Shown here: positions 39,200-50,297 of the stretch, in pieces | Layout of the letters: every line of letters starts with the position of its first letter | Numbering within the stretch: the first letter of the stretch is position 1 | Assembly: GCF_036365525.1 (NCBI RefSeq) | Contig: NC_090385.1 | Span: forward strand, 59,044,581 to 59,108,580 | Direction of reading: 5' to 3' | Source of the DNA: Heterodontus francisci | Lineage: Eukaryota | Length of the DNA stretch: 64,000 nucleotides | Notes under the pieces: model-generated | Told to the model about the DNA's origin: nothing | Seen by the model: the letters and a program-made list of their open reading frames with translations, nothing else | Database searches by the model: none | Translations under genes and position numbers: made by a program

Positions 39200-39316
39200 T
39201 TAAGGGCCTGGGGAGCGAAAAATCCTGGCCTGGCTCCCCGGGCTCGATGAAGGTGGGCTCACCACTGACTTTTCTGCCGGTGGGTGGGGCCTCCCGCCCA
39301 ACATAAAATTCCAGCC
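39200..39316 (+). mobile_element. Terminal fragment of a Harbinger-type MITE
   Basis: GC-rich, ending TAAAATTCCAGCC, like the right TIR of the other MITEs. Confidence 0.5.
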
Positions 39317-39317
39317 A

Positions 39318-39772
39318 CTGATCAAGAAAATTCTTCTAAATACATTTCAGAAACTCTTCGCCCTCTCTGCCCTTTACACTATTGCTATTCCAGTTTATAT
39401 TAAGTTAATTAAAGTCCCCCATTATTACTGCTCATAGTTCTTACGCCTCTCTGTAATTTCCCTGCAAATTTCCTCCTCTATATCTTTCCCACCTGGCCAA
39501 TAGTGTAATGGCACCTCCATTTTTTCTTAACTCTAATAAAATAGATTCTGTACTTGGCCGCTCCAGGACATCCTCTCTCTCCAACACTATTATTTTCCTT
39601 ATTAAATATTGCCACCCCTCCTCCTTTCTTTCCTTGCCTATCTTCCGTGAACACATTGTATCCAGGGATATTCAGTGCCCTCTCCTGCCCTTTTTTGAGC
39701 CAGGTCTCCTTTATCGCCACAAGATCACATTCCCATGTGGCTATTTGCACCTGCAGCCCACTAAACATTTTT
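39318..39772 (-). mobile_element. CR1 endonuclease fragment
   Basis: Reads DLVAIKETWL...NIPGYNVF.EDRQGKKGGGVAI, with GDFN at ~39410-39421. Confidence 0.85.
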
Positions 39773-39774
39773 AA

Positions 39775-40250
39775 AAGTTGTTCTTGGGATGTGAACATCA
39801 CTGGTAAGGCCAGCAATTATTGTCCATCCCTAATCACGCTTTAAAAGTGGTGGTCAGCTGCCTTCTTGAACCACTGCAGTCCATGTGGTGTCGGTACACC
39901 CACAATGCTTTTTTCTGTAGTGGTTTGATACAACTGAGTGGCTTGCCAGCCCATTTCAGAGAGCAGATAACCACAATTGCTGTGGGTCTGGAGTCATGTG
40001 TAGCCCAGACTGGGTAAGCATGGCAGGTTTCCTACCCTGAAGGACATTAGTGAACCAGATGGGTTTTTACAACTCTCTGGTAGTTTCATGATCATTAATG
40101 AGACTAGCATTTTATTCCAGATTTATTAATTAATTGAATTTAAATTCCCCCAGCTGCTGTGATGGGATTTGTACTCATGTCTCCAGAACATTAGGCCAAG
40201 TCTCTGGATTACCAGTCCAGTAATATTACCATTATGTTACTGTTTCCTCA
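39775..40250 (-). mobile_element. tRNA-headed bipartite SINE with a different (longer) LINE junction than the 12031 copy
   Basis: Same head and middle as 12031. It extends to gttgtatcaaaccactacagaaaaa, then joins LINE ORF2 C-terminal sequence gcattgtgggtgtaccgacaccacatggactgcagtggttcaagaaggcagc and the tail. Confidence 0.8.
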
Positions 40251-40770
40251 GCCCTGCACCCCCCCACCCCAACTATTATTTACCATACTCTGTGCATTTA
40301 TGTATATGCGCTGTAAACCTGAATTAGATCCTATTGTATTTCCTTTTAGTCTGACCCCGCAAAACACCTGAATATTTCTTACACTAGTGCTATCTGCTAA
40401 TCGAGATTTTTTTTCCCACTAGGAGGCTGTCAGTACTTTTAAACTTTTAAAGCCCAGAAGATGCATTGCTTTAAAGTTAAGTAGTTGCACAAAATCTTGC
40501 TGATCAATTCCCTCTAATGTGAAAGACTATTAGCTAACAAATATTGATTTTCCATTAATATACTGTGCATTTTTTCAATTTATTTTTAATGATAGCAAAT
40601 CTCATTTGCCACGTATTGTTAAACCATGTAATTATCTATAACTAAACAGCTTAACTCTGGGAGAACCAAGATATTGTTTGTATACCAGGGTAAATACATC
40701 AGTAACTTTCTTTTATTTAAGAGAATACTGAAGGACCCCCTACAAATAATGTATAAACTTTAGATTATTA

Positions 40771-41614
40771 GGGCTGAAATTTATACTTCGATTACGGTGG
40801 CGGACATAAACAATGGTGGTCTGCCCGCTCGGGCCACATATCGTGGAGTCACCGCGATATTAAGCGCAGCGACTCATTTAAATTGCCGGGATGGACTGCC
40901 CCCACCTCCCCGCCTGATGATGTGGAGAGGGCGGGCTGTCCATCCCCGACAATGGCATCAGCTGCCTTTGTGCAGGTGCTGATGCCATTTTTAAAGCGTT
41001 TCGAGCCCTATTCAATTTAAATATTTAAAGGTAAATTATAAAAACATTTAAATCCATTTAAATTGCCCCTCTCCCACACCCCAAAAACCATAAAATTAAT
41101 TACTTGCCCTCTCCCAGCCAAAATACTTCCCCTGCCCACCTGACCTCCACCCCCCCAACAAAGTACATAAACTTTACCCTCTTAACCCTTCCCACCATCC
41201 CTACACCAATGATATTATTCTGACGCCGCAACCACCACACCCCCCAACACTGAGAAACTTACCTGCTCCCCCCTCCCCATTAGTGTTATGCCTCGATTCC
41301 CTGGACGAGGATTTGAAGGCATGGGAGTGATGGCCACTGGCACGAAGATCGCACCAGGACCAACAGTGGAAGTGTGAAGGTATTTAATTCATTCATTTAC
41401 ATCAATTTAAATATTTCAGTTGTGGTCCTGTTAACGAGTGGCGGGGGGCGCGGGTGGGGAAGGGTGGTCGCCACGAGGCCTCGCCATTGCCGACAATATC
41501 AGGCCGGGCCTTCCCGGCGTCGAGTTCCATGACTGGCCTCTCCCAGAGGCATTTTCCGGCTCCCTCGTCACGACCCCAGACGTCCGGGTGGGGGAGGTCT
41601 GTAAAATTCTCCCC
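40771..41614 (+). mobile_element. Harbinger-type MITE, complete
   Basis: TIRs GGGCTGAAATTTA and TAAAATTCTCCCC; 3-bp TSD TTA on both sides. Confidence 0.85.
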
Positions 41615-42429
41615 TTAGTTGGAATGTCAGTTAATTTTCTTAAAGTAATGACACAGACGGGAGTAAACATTCCAAATTGGTCCATACTGGTGCATTGTCT
41701 ATTAGCATCGTATCAACAGTAGGGTGACAAGACGTTTGGATCAGGAAACAGATAGATTTCTGAAACAAATGTGCTGGAGGAGAGAACTCTCCTTTCAATC
41801 AGAAGTTTGCCACTCTACCATAATGATTGCACATATGTTAGAAAGCAGGTAGACCCACACTCCTCCAACTGCTGCAGAGGTGGTGAAACCCGCAGCTATA
41901 CAATCTCATGCTCCTGTCCACATAGGTTGAGCACCACTTCAATGCCAAAAGGCTGTCACAAATGCACAGCAGATGCCACTGAGGGAACATGTAGAAATAG
42001 CACAAAATTAGGTTGTAGAACACATTAGATGCACCTAAGGAATGGCAAGAGGTAATAATGCCCATAGTTCCCATGTAATGTAGTAAAAATTGGTTGCACT
42101 GGGTTGGATTTTGCTGCTCACAGTTGCATTCCAGTGGGACATGGCTTCTACTTGTGGAATTCTTTCAAGCGGACACAGGTTCAGGCTAATAAACGTCAGA
42201 TTTAGAACTGAAGTTCTATCAATACATAGAATGAACTTCTAGGTAGTTCAGTACAGACAAAAGCCCTAGAATCATTTCAGAACAAAATTAGATGCTGCAA
42301 TCGGAGGGATCGGGGGATTATACAACTTTTACGCATAGATGAAGTAAGATGGGCCAAAAGCCCTCCCTCATCCATAATTACCTTGCGAACAATATAAAGA
42401 GATACATTTCTGCAGACACGAGGCAAACA

Positions 42430-42640
42430 ACTTCAAGGTGTTAAATTATTTTTACATCTGGGCTGTTGACCTTCTGAGTTCAGGCAAAGCGTTGACCTGC
42501 TCCATCATTTTGCCTGAACAGCAGCCCTCTGAGGAAGGTGATTCTTTGAAACAAAGATAACAACCCTTCATTGCCTCTCCTTCTGGAACAGTCCCTCCAG
42601 TGCTCTGAAAAGGAAGCAGTCATTCCACCTCTGGGTCCAT
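42430..42640 (-). pseudogene. Myb/SANT-like DNA-binding protein relic (Harbinger second ORF)
   Basis: With frameshifts, reads ASFS/ALEGLFQKERQ*RVVIF.../EQVNALPELRRSTAQM*K*FNTLK, matching the FS..LE.L....RR..LF...VNA....R...Q..KKFN.L pattern. Confidence 0.55.
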
Positions 42641-43239
42641 ATAGACTCATCTCTCGTTTGAGGATATCTGCTTGGCTTAAAGGGATCCAGAAGGTGAACA
42701 TGGAGAAAAAAAAATTACTGTAAGAATATAAATGAAGCAAGTCAAAGAACCATGCAGCAAAATGCAATTCACATGGGTGCAAGTAGGCAATGCTTGTCAC
42801 TAGTGTTTAGTGGTTATGCTGCATGAGTCGAGGATGATAGTCTGAGTTTAAGAATGAATATCTGTGTGAATCTCTTGTGGGGCTTGAGTACAGAATCAAA
42901 TCACATGCTATAAGGCAATGGAAGTGATAATCTATAAATTAACAATTTATTTTTAAGAAAATTTTGTATTTATTCGTCCAATTCAGCTTTTTAAGTTGTG
43001 TTTATCTGTATTTTTAGTATAATTTTAAATATAACTGATAGCTTTTAATATTTACTGAGCAGTTAACTGTCAATCAGCTGAAAGTGGCTTTCTGAATAAG
43101 TGTTAATTACTGTAGTAGAAAGCTGACTTAGCTGTTGTAACTTGGGTGAGTCATTAGCTCTCTATAAAAGTAGACAGTGTTTGCTACCACACAGAATGAT
43201 CTGGAAACAGAGTGTTTTGTGGTCTTAGTGCTAACTTTG

Positions 43240-43767
43240 GAATTTGGTCCACATGGGAATTTGGTGCATAGTGGAACAAAGTGCAGCTTTTTATTCTTTT
43301 GTTTTACCCCCAGTAGTTGTTGAGCTTCAATTGTCTCCAAGCTAGTCGACTGTAACTTCCTATTACTTAACCTAAATAAATTAGTAACTAATTAACTAAT
43401 AAAATAAATAATACGTTTACACAGACTTTGCAGCGCTTGAGTAGTGCTGTGACTGCAACATGTGGCAATCCTGGACAAGCATATCTGTGGCAAGTGTCTG
43501 TAGCTTGAGCATCTTCAGCTCACAGTTGCTGAGCTGGAGTCTGAGTTGCAGACATTGTGGGGTATCAGAATGGAGGAGAGTTAGCTGTGCACTTTGTTCC
43601 AGGAGGCAGTCACACCCCTTAAGTTAAGTAGAACTTTAGAGCTGGTCAATGAACACAAGGGTGTGACTGCGAGCCAGCCATGTATGGGAATCCAGCATAT
43701 AGTGATGGAGGAGCCTCAGTCCTTGACTTACACCAACAGGTACAAGGTGCTTGCTACCTGTATGGAT
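43240..43767 (+). mobile_element. CR1 5' UTR and ORF1 N-terminus
   Basis: Reads CCDCNMW...HICGKCL*LEHLQLTVAELESELQTLW...LFQEAVTP...TNRYKVLA (zinc finger and leucine zipper of CR1 ORF1). Confidence 0.75.
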
Positions 43768-46258
43768 GTCCTGTATCGGAAGGTTTTGCTTTCATTTTGG
43801 ACCCTTTAAAAAGCCAGTGAGGTGGACAAAGAGGAGGCATTTGAAATTAGGTTTTGATCTGCCTGGAGATCAGAGAGCAAGATCCAGAAAGAATGTTACC
43901 TCTCTCTGTAAAGGAATCCTGCATCTTATGAAAAGAAATCCTGTATTTCAAAGGTGGCAGATTCCTATTGCCTCCTGTCTCTGAAGAATTCCTGCATCAA
44001 GTATGGTCCTGTAGCCTCCTGTGTTTTAAGAAATCATGAAAGCTGAAGAAATCTTCTTTTGTTATCCTGCTGCTGTAAAACCTAAGAAGACTTGTTGCTA
44101 CACCCCTGATGAAAGACCTATGTGAAGCCTGCTGCAGTTGAATTTCCTTGAACACCTACTCTTCACACACTGTTCAACCTCACCTGGAGAGACTTTGAGT
44201 GACATTTGACTATTTGACTCTGGGACACCTCACCAAACCGAAGAACTTCCTACCAGAATGTGACAAACTGTTATTTTATTATTCCTTCTATTCCTATGAA
44301 ACAGCTGTAAACCAAAATCCTTTTCCCCTGGTTAACCTTTTTTTTTGAATGTATGTGTGTGTGCATGAGGCTCGGTAAATAAGGAGCTTTTTGTATACAG
44401 ATTTATCTCACTATTGGATAAGACTTGTTCTTATAAGTAGTTAATTTTGTTGTTGATTAAAGAAACCTGGTTGGTGTGCTTTATTCTGTGGGACAAATAG
44501 AGTATGTAATTGGCTGGTTTTCGGTAGGTGGGAAAGTTTATTGATATACTGTGACCCGTGGAGAAGTGGGACTGAATTAACAGTGCACTCCTCCCACCTC
44601 GGTCATAACATATGAATTGCGGGCTCTTGTTGGGATCAAATTCAATGCTGATAATGCTAATTGTAAGGGGAATAATAGTAAAATGAAAGAGAAAATTAAA
44701 AAAGCAGGTTTCTTGTGTAATAGGGTAATGTCTACATCACTGGAATGGCATTAGCAGTTGCTGCAGCCTTTCTGGGAAAGGAGAATGTGTCCCTCAGTGA
44801 CTTGGAAACTTTAACCAAGGTTAAACTAAAAGAATTGGCAGCATAATTAGAGTTAGAATTGAAATCAGGTGCTAAAAAAGCAAAGATAATTGAAGTAATA
44901 GCCCAACATTTGAAATTGAAAGAAGAAGATAGTAAGTCAGAGGGCAATGCAGTTGAATTAGTTAAAATTCAGTTATAACTGAAAAAACTTGAGCAGGAAC
45001 AAGAAATAGAAAAACTTAGGCTTCAACAGGAAAAGGAAAAAGCAATAGAATTGAAAAAAACTTGAGGCTGAGAAAGAATTGACAATTGAAAAAACTTGAA
45101 TTTGAAAAAAAGGAAAGGGAGAAAGAGAGCATTACAGAGCCAAAGTGAAAAAGAATCAAGAGAATTCAAATTAAGAGAGATGGAACTAAGAAAAAAGGCT
45201 AGGCTTGACTTCAGGGAAAAGTCTGGTCAGGAAGAATCTGAATCCAGTCCAGCATCCAGCGAAAAGCTGTTTAAATTTATACAAGCTCTCCCTAGGTTTG
45301 TGGAAAGGGACGTAAGGGCATTTTTCATTTCTTTTGAAAAAATAGCCAAACAAATGAAATGGCCAAAGGAAAGCTGGACACTATTTATACAAAGCAGGTT
45401 GATGGGCAGAGCTCATGAAATTTATGCCATGCTTTCTGACGAGGCTCCTGCAGATTATGGGATGGCAAAAAAGATTACTCTCGCTGCGTTGTGAGTTGAT
45501 CCCTGAAGCTTACTGACCGAAGTTTCAGAACCTCTGAAGTTGGCTGGGCAGATTTATGTAGAATCTGAGAGGGTAAAGCAAATTAATTTTGATCATTAAT
45601 TCTCTTGGAAGAGTTTAAAAATTCAATCCTTCCAGTAGTGAGAACTCAAGTAGGGAACCAAAAAGTTTCAAAAGCCAGATAAGTAGTGAAAATTGCTGAT
45701 GATTTTGAGCTTGTGAATAAGCCAAAACCCTTTGTCCATCACCCCCACAAACCCGAGAAATATAGGGAGAGAGAAAGGAAGGCAAGTAGCCGGGGACAAG
45801 AAGGGACAGCTGGGAACGCCCCAGGATCCTCTCCTCAGGCCAGAAAGGAAGGTGCTGAGGGTAGGAGTGAGGTCCACAAGCCAAAGTGTTATCATTGGCA
45901 CAAGGTAGGACATCTTCGTTCAGAATGCTGGAAGTTGTGAGGTATACCCATGGGACCTGTCAGGGTACACAAAGCTAATGCAGAGAAAAGGGCTCTGACT
46001 GAGTGTACAGCTGATCAGGCTGCAGCTTTGACGACAGCTGTAAAACCAGATAAAAAAAAACAAAGTGAGTGTAAGGGTTGAGAATAAGATACCTGAGAGT
46101 TATAGGGACTTCTTGTCGAAAGGAGAAGTAACTCCTTATCCCTCAAGTGAGGCAGACAAACCTATAGTTACTCTTAGGGATACAGAAGCAACCAAAACTC
46201 TTGCTGGGGAAAGGTATAATATTTCCACCAGAGAGCGCACTGAATGCCAATGTTTTAG

Positions 46259-47020
46259 ATAATGTTCTGATATCGTTTATCGTGAGAGGAATTGAATCCA
46301 AAAGTAGGGAGGTTATGCTTCAGCTATACAGGGCATTGGTGATACCACATCTGGAGTACTCTGTACAGTATTGGTATCCTTATTTAAGGAAGGATATAAA
46401 TGCTATGGAGGCAGTGCAGCAAAGGTTTACTAGACTAATACCTGGAATGGATGGGCTGTCTTACAAGAAAAGATTGGACAGGCTAGGCTTGTATCCGTTG
46501 GAATTTAGAAGAGTAAGAGGCGACTTGATTGAAACATATAAGATCCTGAGGGGTCTTGACAGGGTGGATGTGGAAAGGATGTTTCCTCTTGTGAGAGAAT
46601 CTCAAACTAGGGGTCACTGTTTAAAAATAAGGGGTCGCCCATTTAAAACAGAGATGCGGAGAAATGTTTTCTCTCAGAGGGTCATGAGTCTTTGGAATTC
46701 TATTCCTCAAAAGGCAGTGGAAGCAGAGTCTTTGAATATTTTTAAGGCAGAGGTAGATAGATTTTTGATAAGCAAGGGGGTGGAAGGTTATAGGGGGTAG
46801 GTGGAAATGTTCAGCCATGAACTTATTGAATGGCAGAGCAGGCTCAAGGAGTCAAGTGGCCTACTCCTGTTCCTAATTCGTATGTTTGTATGATGAAAGG
46901 TCACTGACCTGAAACATTAATTCTGCTTCTCTCTCCACAGATGCTGCTGGACCTGCTGAGTATTTCTAGCACTTTTTATTTCAGATTTCCAGCATCTGTA
47001 GTTTTTTGCTTTTATTTTAG
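46259..47020 (+). mobile_element. CR1 3' end fused to a Penelope terminal repeat, inserted in the protease of element B
   Basis: CR1 (PHLEYSVQYW...RGDLIETYKIL...WNSIP) runs to ~46890, then tgatgaaaggtcactgacctgaaacattaa... The whole insert is flanked by TTTTAG; removing it restores ESALNANVL|VNGIGGE. Confidence 0.85.
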
Positions 47021-50000
47021 TTAATGGTATTGGTGGGGAGTATATACCCATCCGTTTGTATCAAGTGCACCTAGAGTGTGACCTAAAGTCTGGGATGGTA
47101 ACTGCAGGAGTTGTCCATAGTTTGCCAGTAAGTGAAATTAACCTACTCCTCGGGAATGGTTTGGCTGGAACAAAAGTCTCACTTTCTCCTGTAGTCACAG
47201 AGAAACCAAGTGAAGTGAAAGAAACAGAACAATTACAGGAACAAGTTCCAGGAATATTTCCTACATCTGTAGTAACCTGAGCAATGGCTAAACAAGTTCC
47301 ATTGTTCAAGGTAAAATTGTCACCACAGACAGATAGACAAATATCTGAAACTTTCCTTGGGGATTTAGATAATCCAAGTGAGATGTTTAACAAATCTTCT
47401 TTAATCACAGCACAACAAGCTGATCCAGAGTTACATAAAATAGCAAATCAAGTCTGACAGAAGCTGAGGTGACAGGAGTTCCAGAAGGCTATTATGTTGG
47501 AGACAGGGTTCTGATGAGGAAATGGAGACTGCCTCATAGATCTGCGGACGAAGATTGGACAGTTGTTTGGCAGGTAGTAGTACCACCTAAATATCGCCAG
47601 GAATTATTAAGGTTACCACATGACATTCCTATAGCAGGACATGTGGGGATCCAGAAGACCAAATCACGTATAAGTCAACATTATTACTGGCCAGGTCTTA
47701 CTAAGGACTGTGGTGCAGTTTTGTAAAACATGCCATCTATACCAGACTGTGGGAAAACCACAACCTGCCTTAAAACTGTCACCTCTAATACCCATGCCAG
47801 TTATTGAGGAACCATTTAGTAGGGTATTGGTAGACTATGTAGGACCTTAACTGAAAACAAAAGTGGGACACCGATATATACTCACTATCATGGATATGGC
47901 TGTTCGATTTCCAGAGGACATTCCCTTGAGGACAATTACTGCTAAGGTAGTAGTAGAGAAGTTATCCTAATTCTTTACGAGATATGTATTACCTATTGAA
48001 ATTCAATCCGATCAGGGTTCCAATTTTATGTCTAACATATTTCAAGAAATTATGGGTAATTTGAGTATTGAACAATTAAAATCTTCAGTATATCATCCAC
48101 AGATACAGGGAGCTTTAGAAAGGTACCATCAAACTCTCAAAACAATGGTTTAGGGCATACTGTCATGAATATCCCCATGATTGGGATAAAGGGCAAGATT
48201 TTCTTTTATTTGCCACCAAAGATTCACTGAATGAGTCTACAGGTTTTAGTCCTTTCGAATTGGTTTACGGATATGAGATAAGAGGTCCACTAAAACTAAT
48301 CAAAGACAGGTTCTTAGAACAGAGTTCTGTACTAATCTTCTGCACTAGACAATGCATCTGTGTTCCGGGAAAGGCTCACGAAAACTTGCAATGTGGCTCA
48401 GGAACACCTTAAAACATCCAAAACCACTATGAAAAAATGGGCAGACAAGAACGTAAAGACGCAAACTTTTCAACCACGGGATGAAGTGTTAGTATTATTA
48501 CCTTTACAGGATGAACCATTAAAAGCACGGTTCAGTGGTCCATATAAAGTGGTCAAAAGAGATGGTAAAGTAAATTATTTGATTGACACCACAGATTGCT
48601 GGAAAAAGAATCGGCTGTGTCATATCAATATGTTAAAGCAATATTATCGCAAGGAGGAGGAAAAGCCAGTACAGGTATGTCAGGTAATAGGGACAGTGAG
48701 GAATGAAAGAGAGCATGAAGATGAGGCAGAAGGAGGCCTAGACAATTCTCAAATTGAACCTGCTACTATCCGGTTAGCTAATACAGAATGACTAGGAGAA
48801 TTGGACAACATGCTTTCGTACTTAGATACAGAACAACGAGAAGATCTAACAAGGCTACTCACAGCACTTAAAAGAGTCTGTAGGGATAAGTCAGGATGTA
48901 CAACCTTAGCCACACATGTTGTGGATGTAGGGGAATACATTCCTGGAAAACAGCATCTGTACCACTTAAGTCCAGAAAAACAGGCCAAAGTAAAAGCAGA
49001 AATCCAATACATGCTGGAAAACAATTTAATTGAACCTAGTCAAAGCAGCTGGAGCTTACCATTAGTATTAATGCCTAAACCTGATCAGTCAACCAGACTT
49101 TGCATATACCACAGAAAAGTCAGTGCAATAACAAAGGCAGACCCCTACCCAATTCCTCGCTTGGAAGACGTGTATTAAAAGAGTGGGCGGTGCCATATTT
49201 CTTACAAAGATATATTTGTTAAAGGGATACTGGAAAGTTCCTTTAACACCCTAAGCTAAAGAAATATCAGCTTTTGTTGCACTAGACAGTCTTTATCAGT
49301 GCAGAGTGATGTCATTTGGGCTAAAAAATGCCCCAGCAATCTTTCAGAGACTAATGAATTAAGTCAGTGTTCCCAACTGTGTAGTATATCTTGATGTACT
49401 AATATACAGTAACACTTGGAAGGAACACTTAAAACAGCTAGAAACTCTTAAAAAAATTAATAGTAGCTGATTTAGTGGTAAATCTGGCAAAAAGCGAATT
49501 TGCAAAAGCAAGAATGACCTATCTCGGGCATACAGTGGGGGAAGGACAAGTGTTGCCGAGAGTGGCAAAAGTACAAGTCTTGGTGGAGTTCCTTATCCCT
49601 AAGACTAAGCGTGAATCATGAGGTTTTTGGGAATGTGTGGTTTCTACAGAAAATTTGTTCCAAATTTCTGTACTGTAGCTCCACCATCAGATTTGCTACA
49701 GAAAAAGAAAACCAAGGTAGTGTGGTCAGGGGAAAACTGGGCATCTTTTGAAAAGCTAAAGGCAATTTTGACTGATGAACCAATGTTGGCTGCTCCAAAT
49801 TTTACCAAGCCCTTCAAGGTAGCGATTGATGCTAGTGACCTGGGGGTTGGTGCACTCCTATTACAAGATGACAAATTGGGCATAGAAAAACAAGTGGGAT
49901 ACGTTTCAAAAAAACTGAATTGCCACCAAAAACGTATTCCACCCTGGAAAAAGAAACTTTAGGCCTATTGGTGGCTCTCAAACATTTTGAAGTATATGTC

Positions 50001-50297
50001 TGCCATGACTACAGAGAAATACTGATATATACTGACCATAATCCATTCACCTTTGTAGAAAAATTTAAAACCCAAGATGCCAGAATATTCCGATAGAGTG
50101 CACTATTACAGCCTTATCACATAAAGACTGTACACATTTTGGGAAAAAAACAATGTTATTGCAGATGCTTTGCCACAAGTTTAACTTTGTTGAGTTACAT
50201 GAGTAAAGATGGTACAAAGCAAAACTCTATTAACCACAAGTACAGTGAATGGGGACATGAGTGAAAAAATATGTTTAAAATGTTTTCAACTTCTGTT

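Noticed and set aside
46201-46800. 199-aa ORF as a novel gene
   Set aside because: An accidental in-frame fusion of a Gypsy protease fragment and a CR1 RT C-terminus, with a TTG start.
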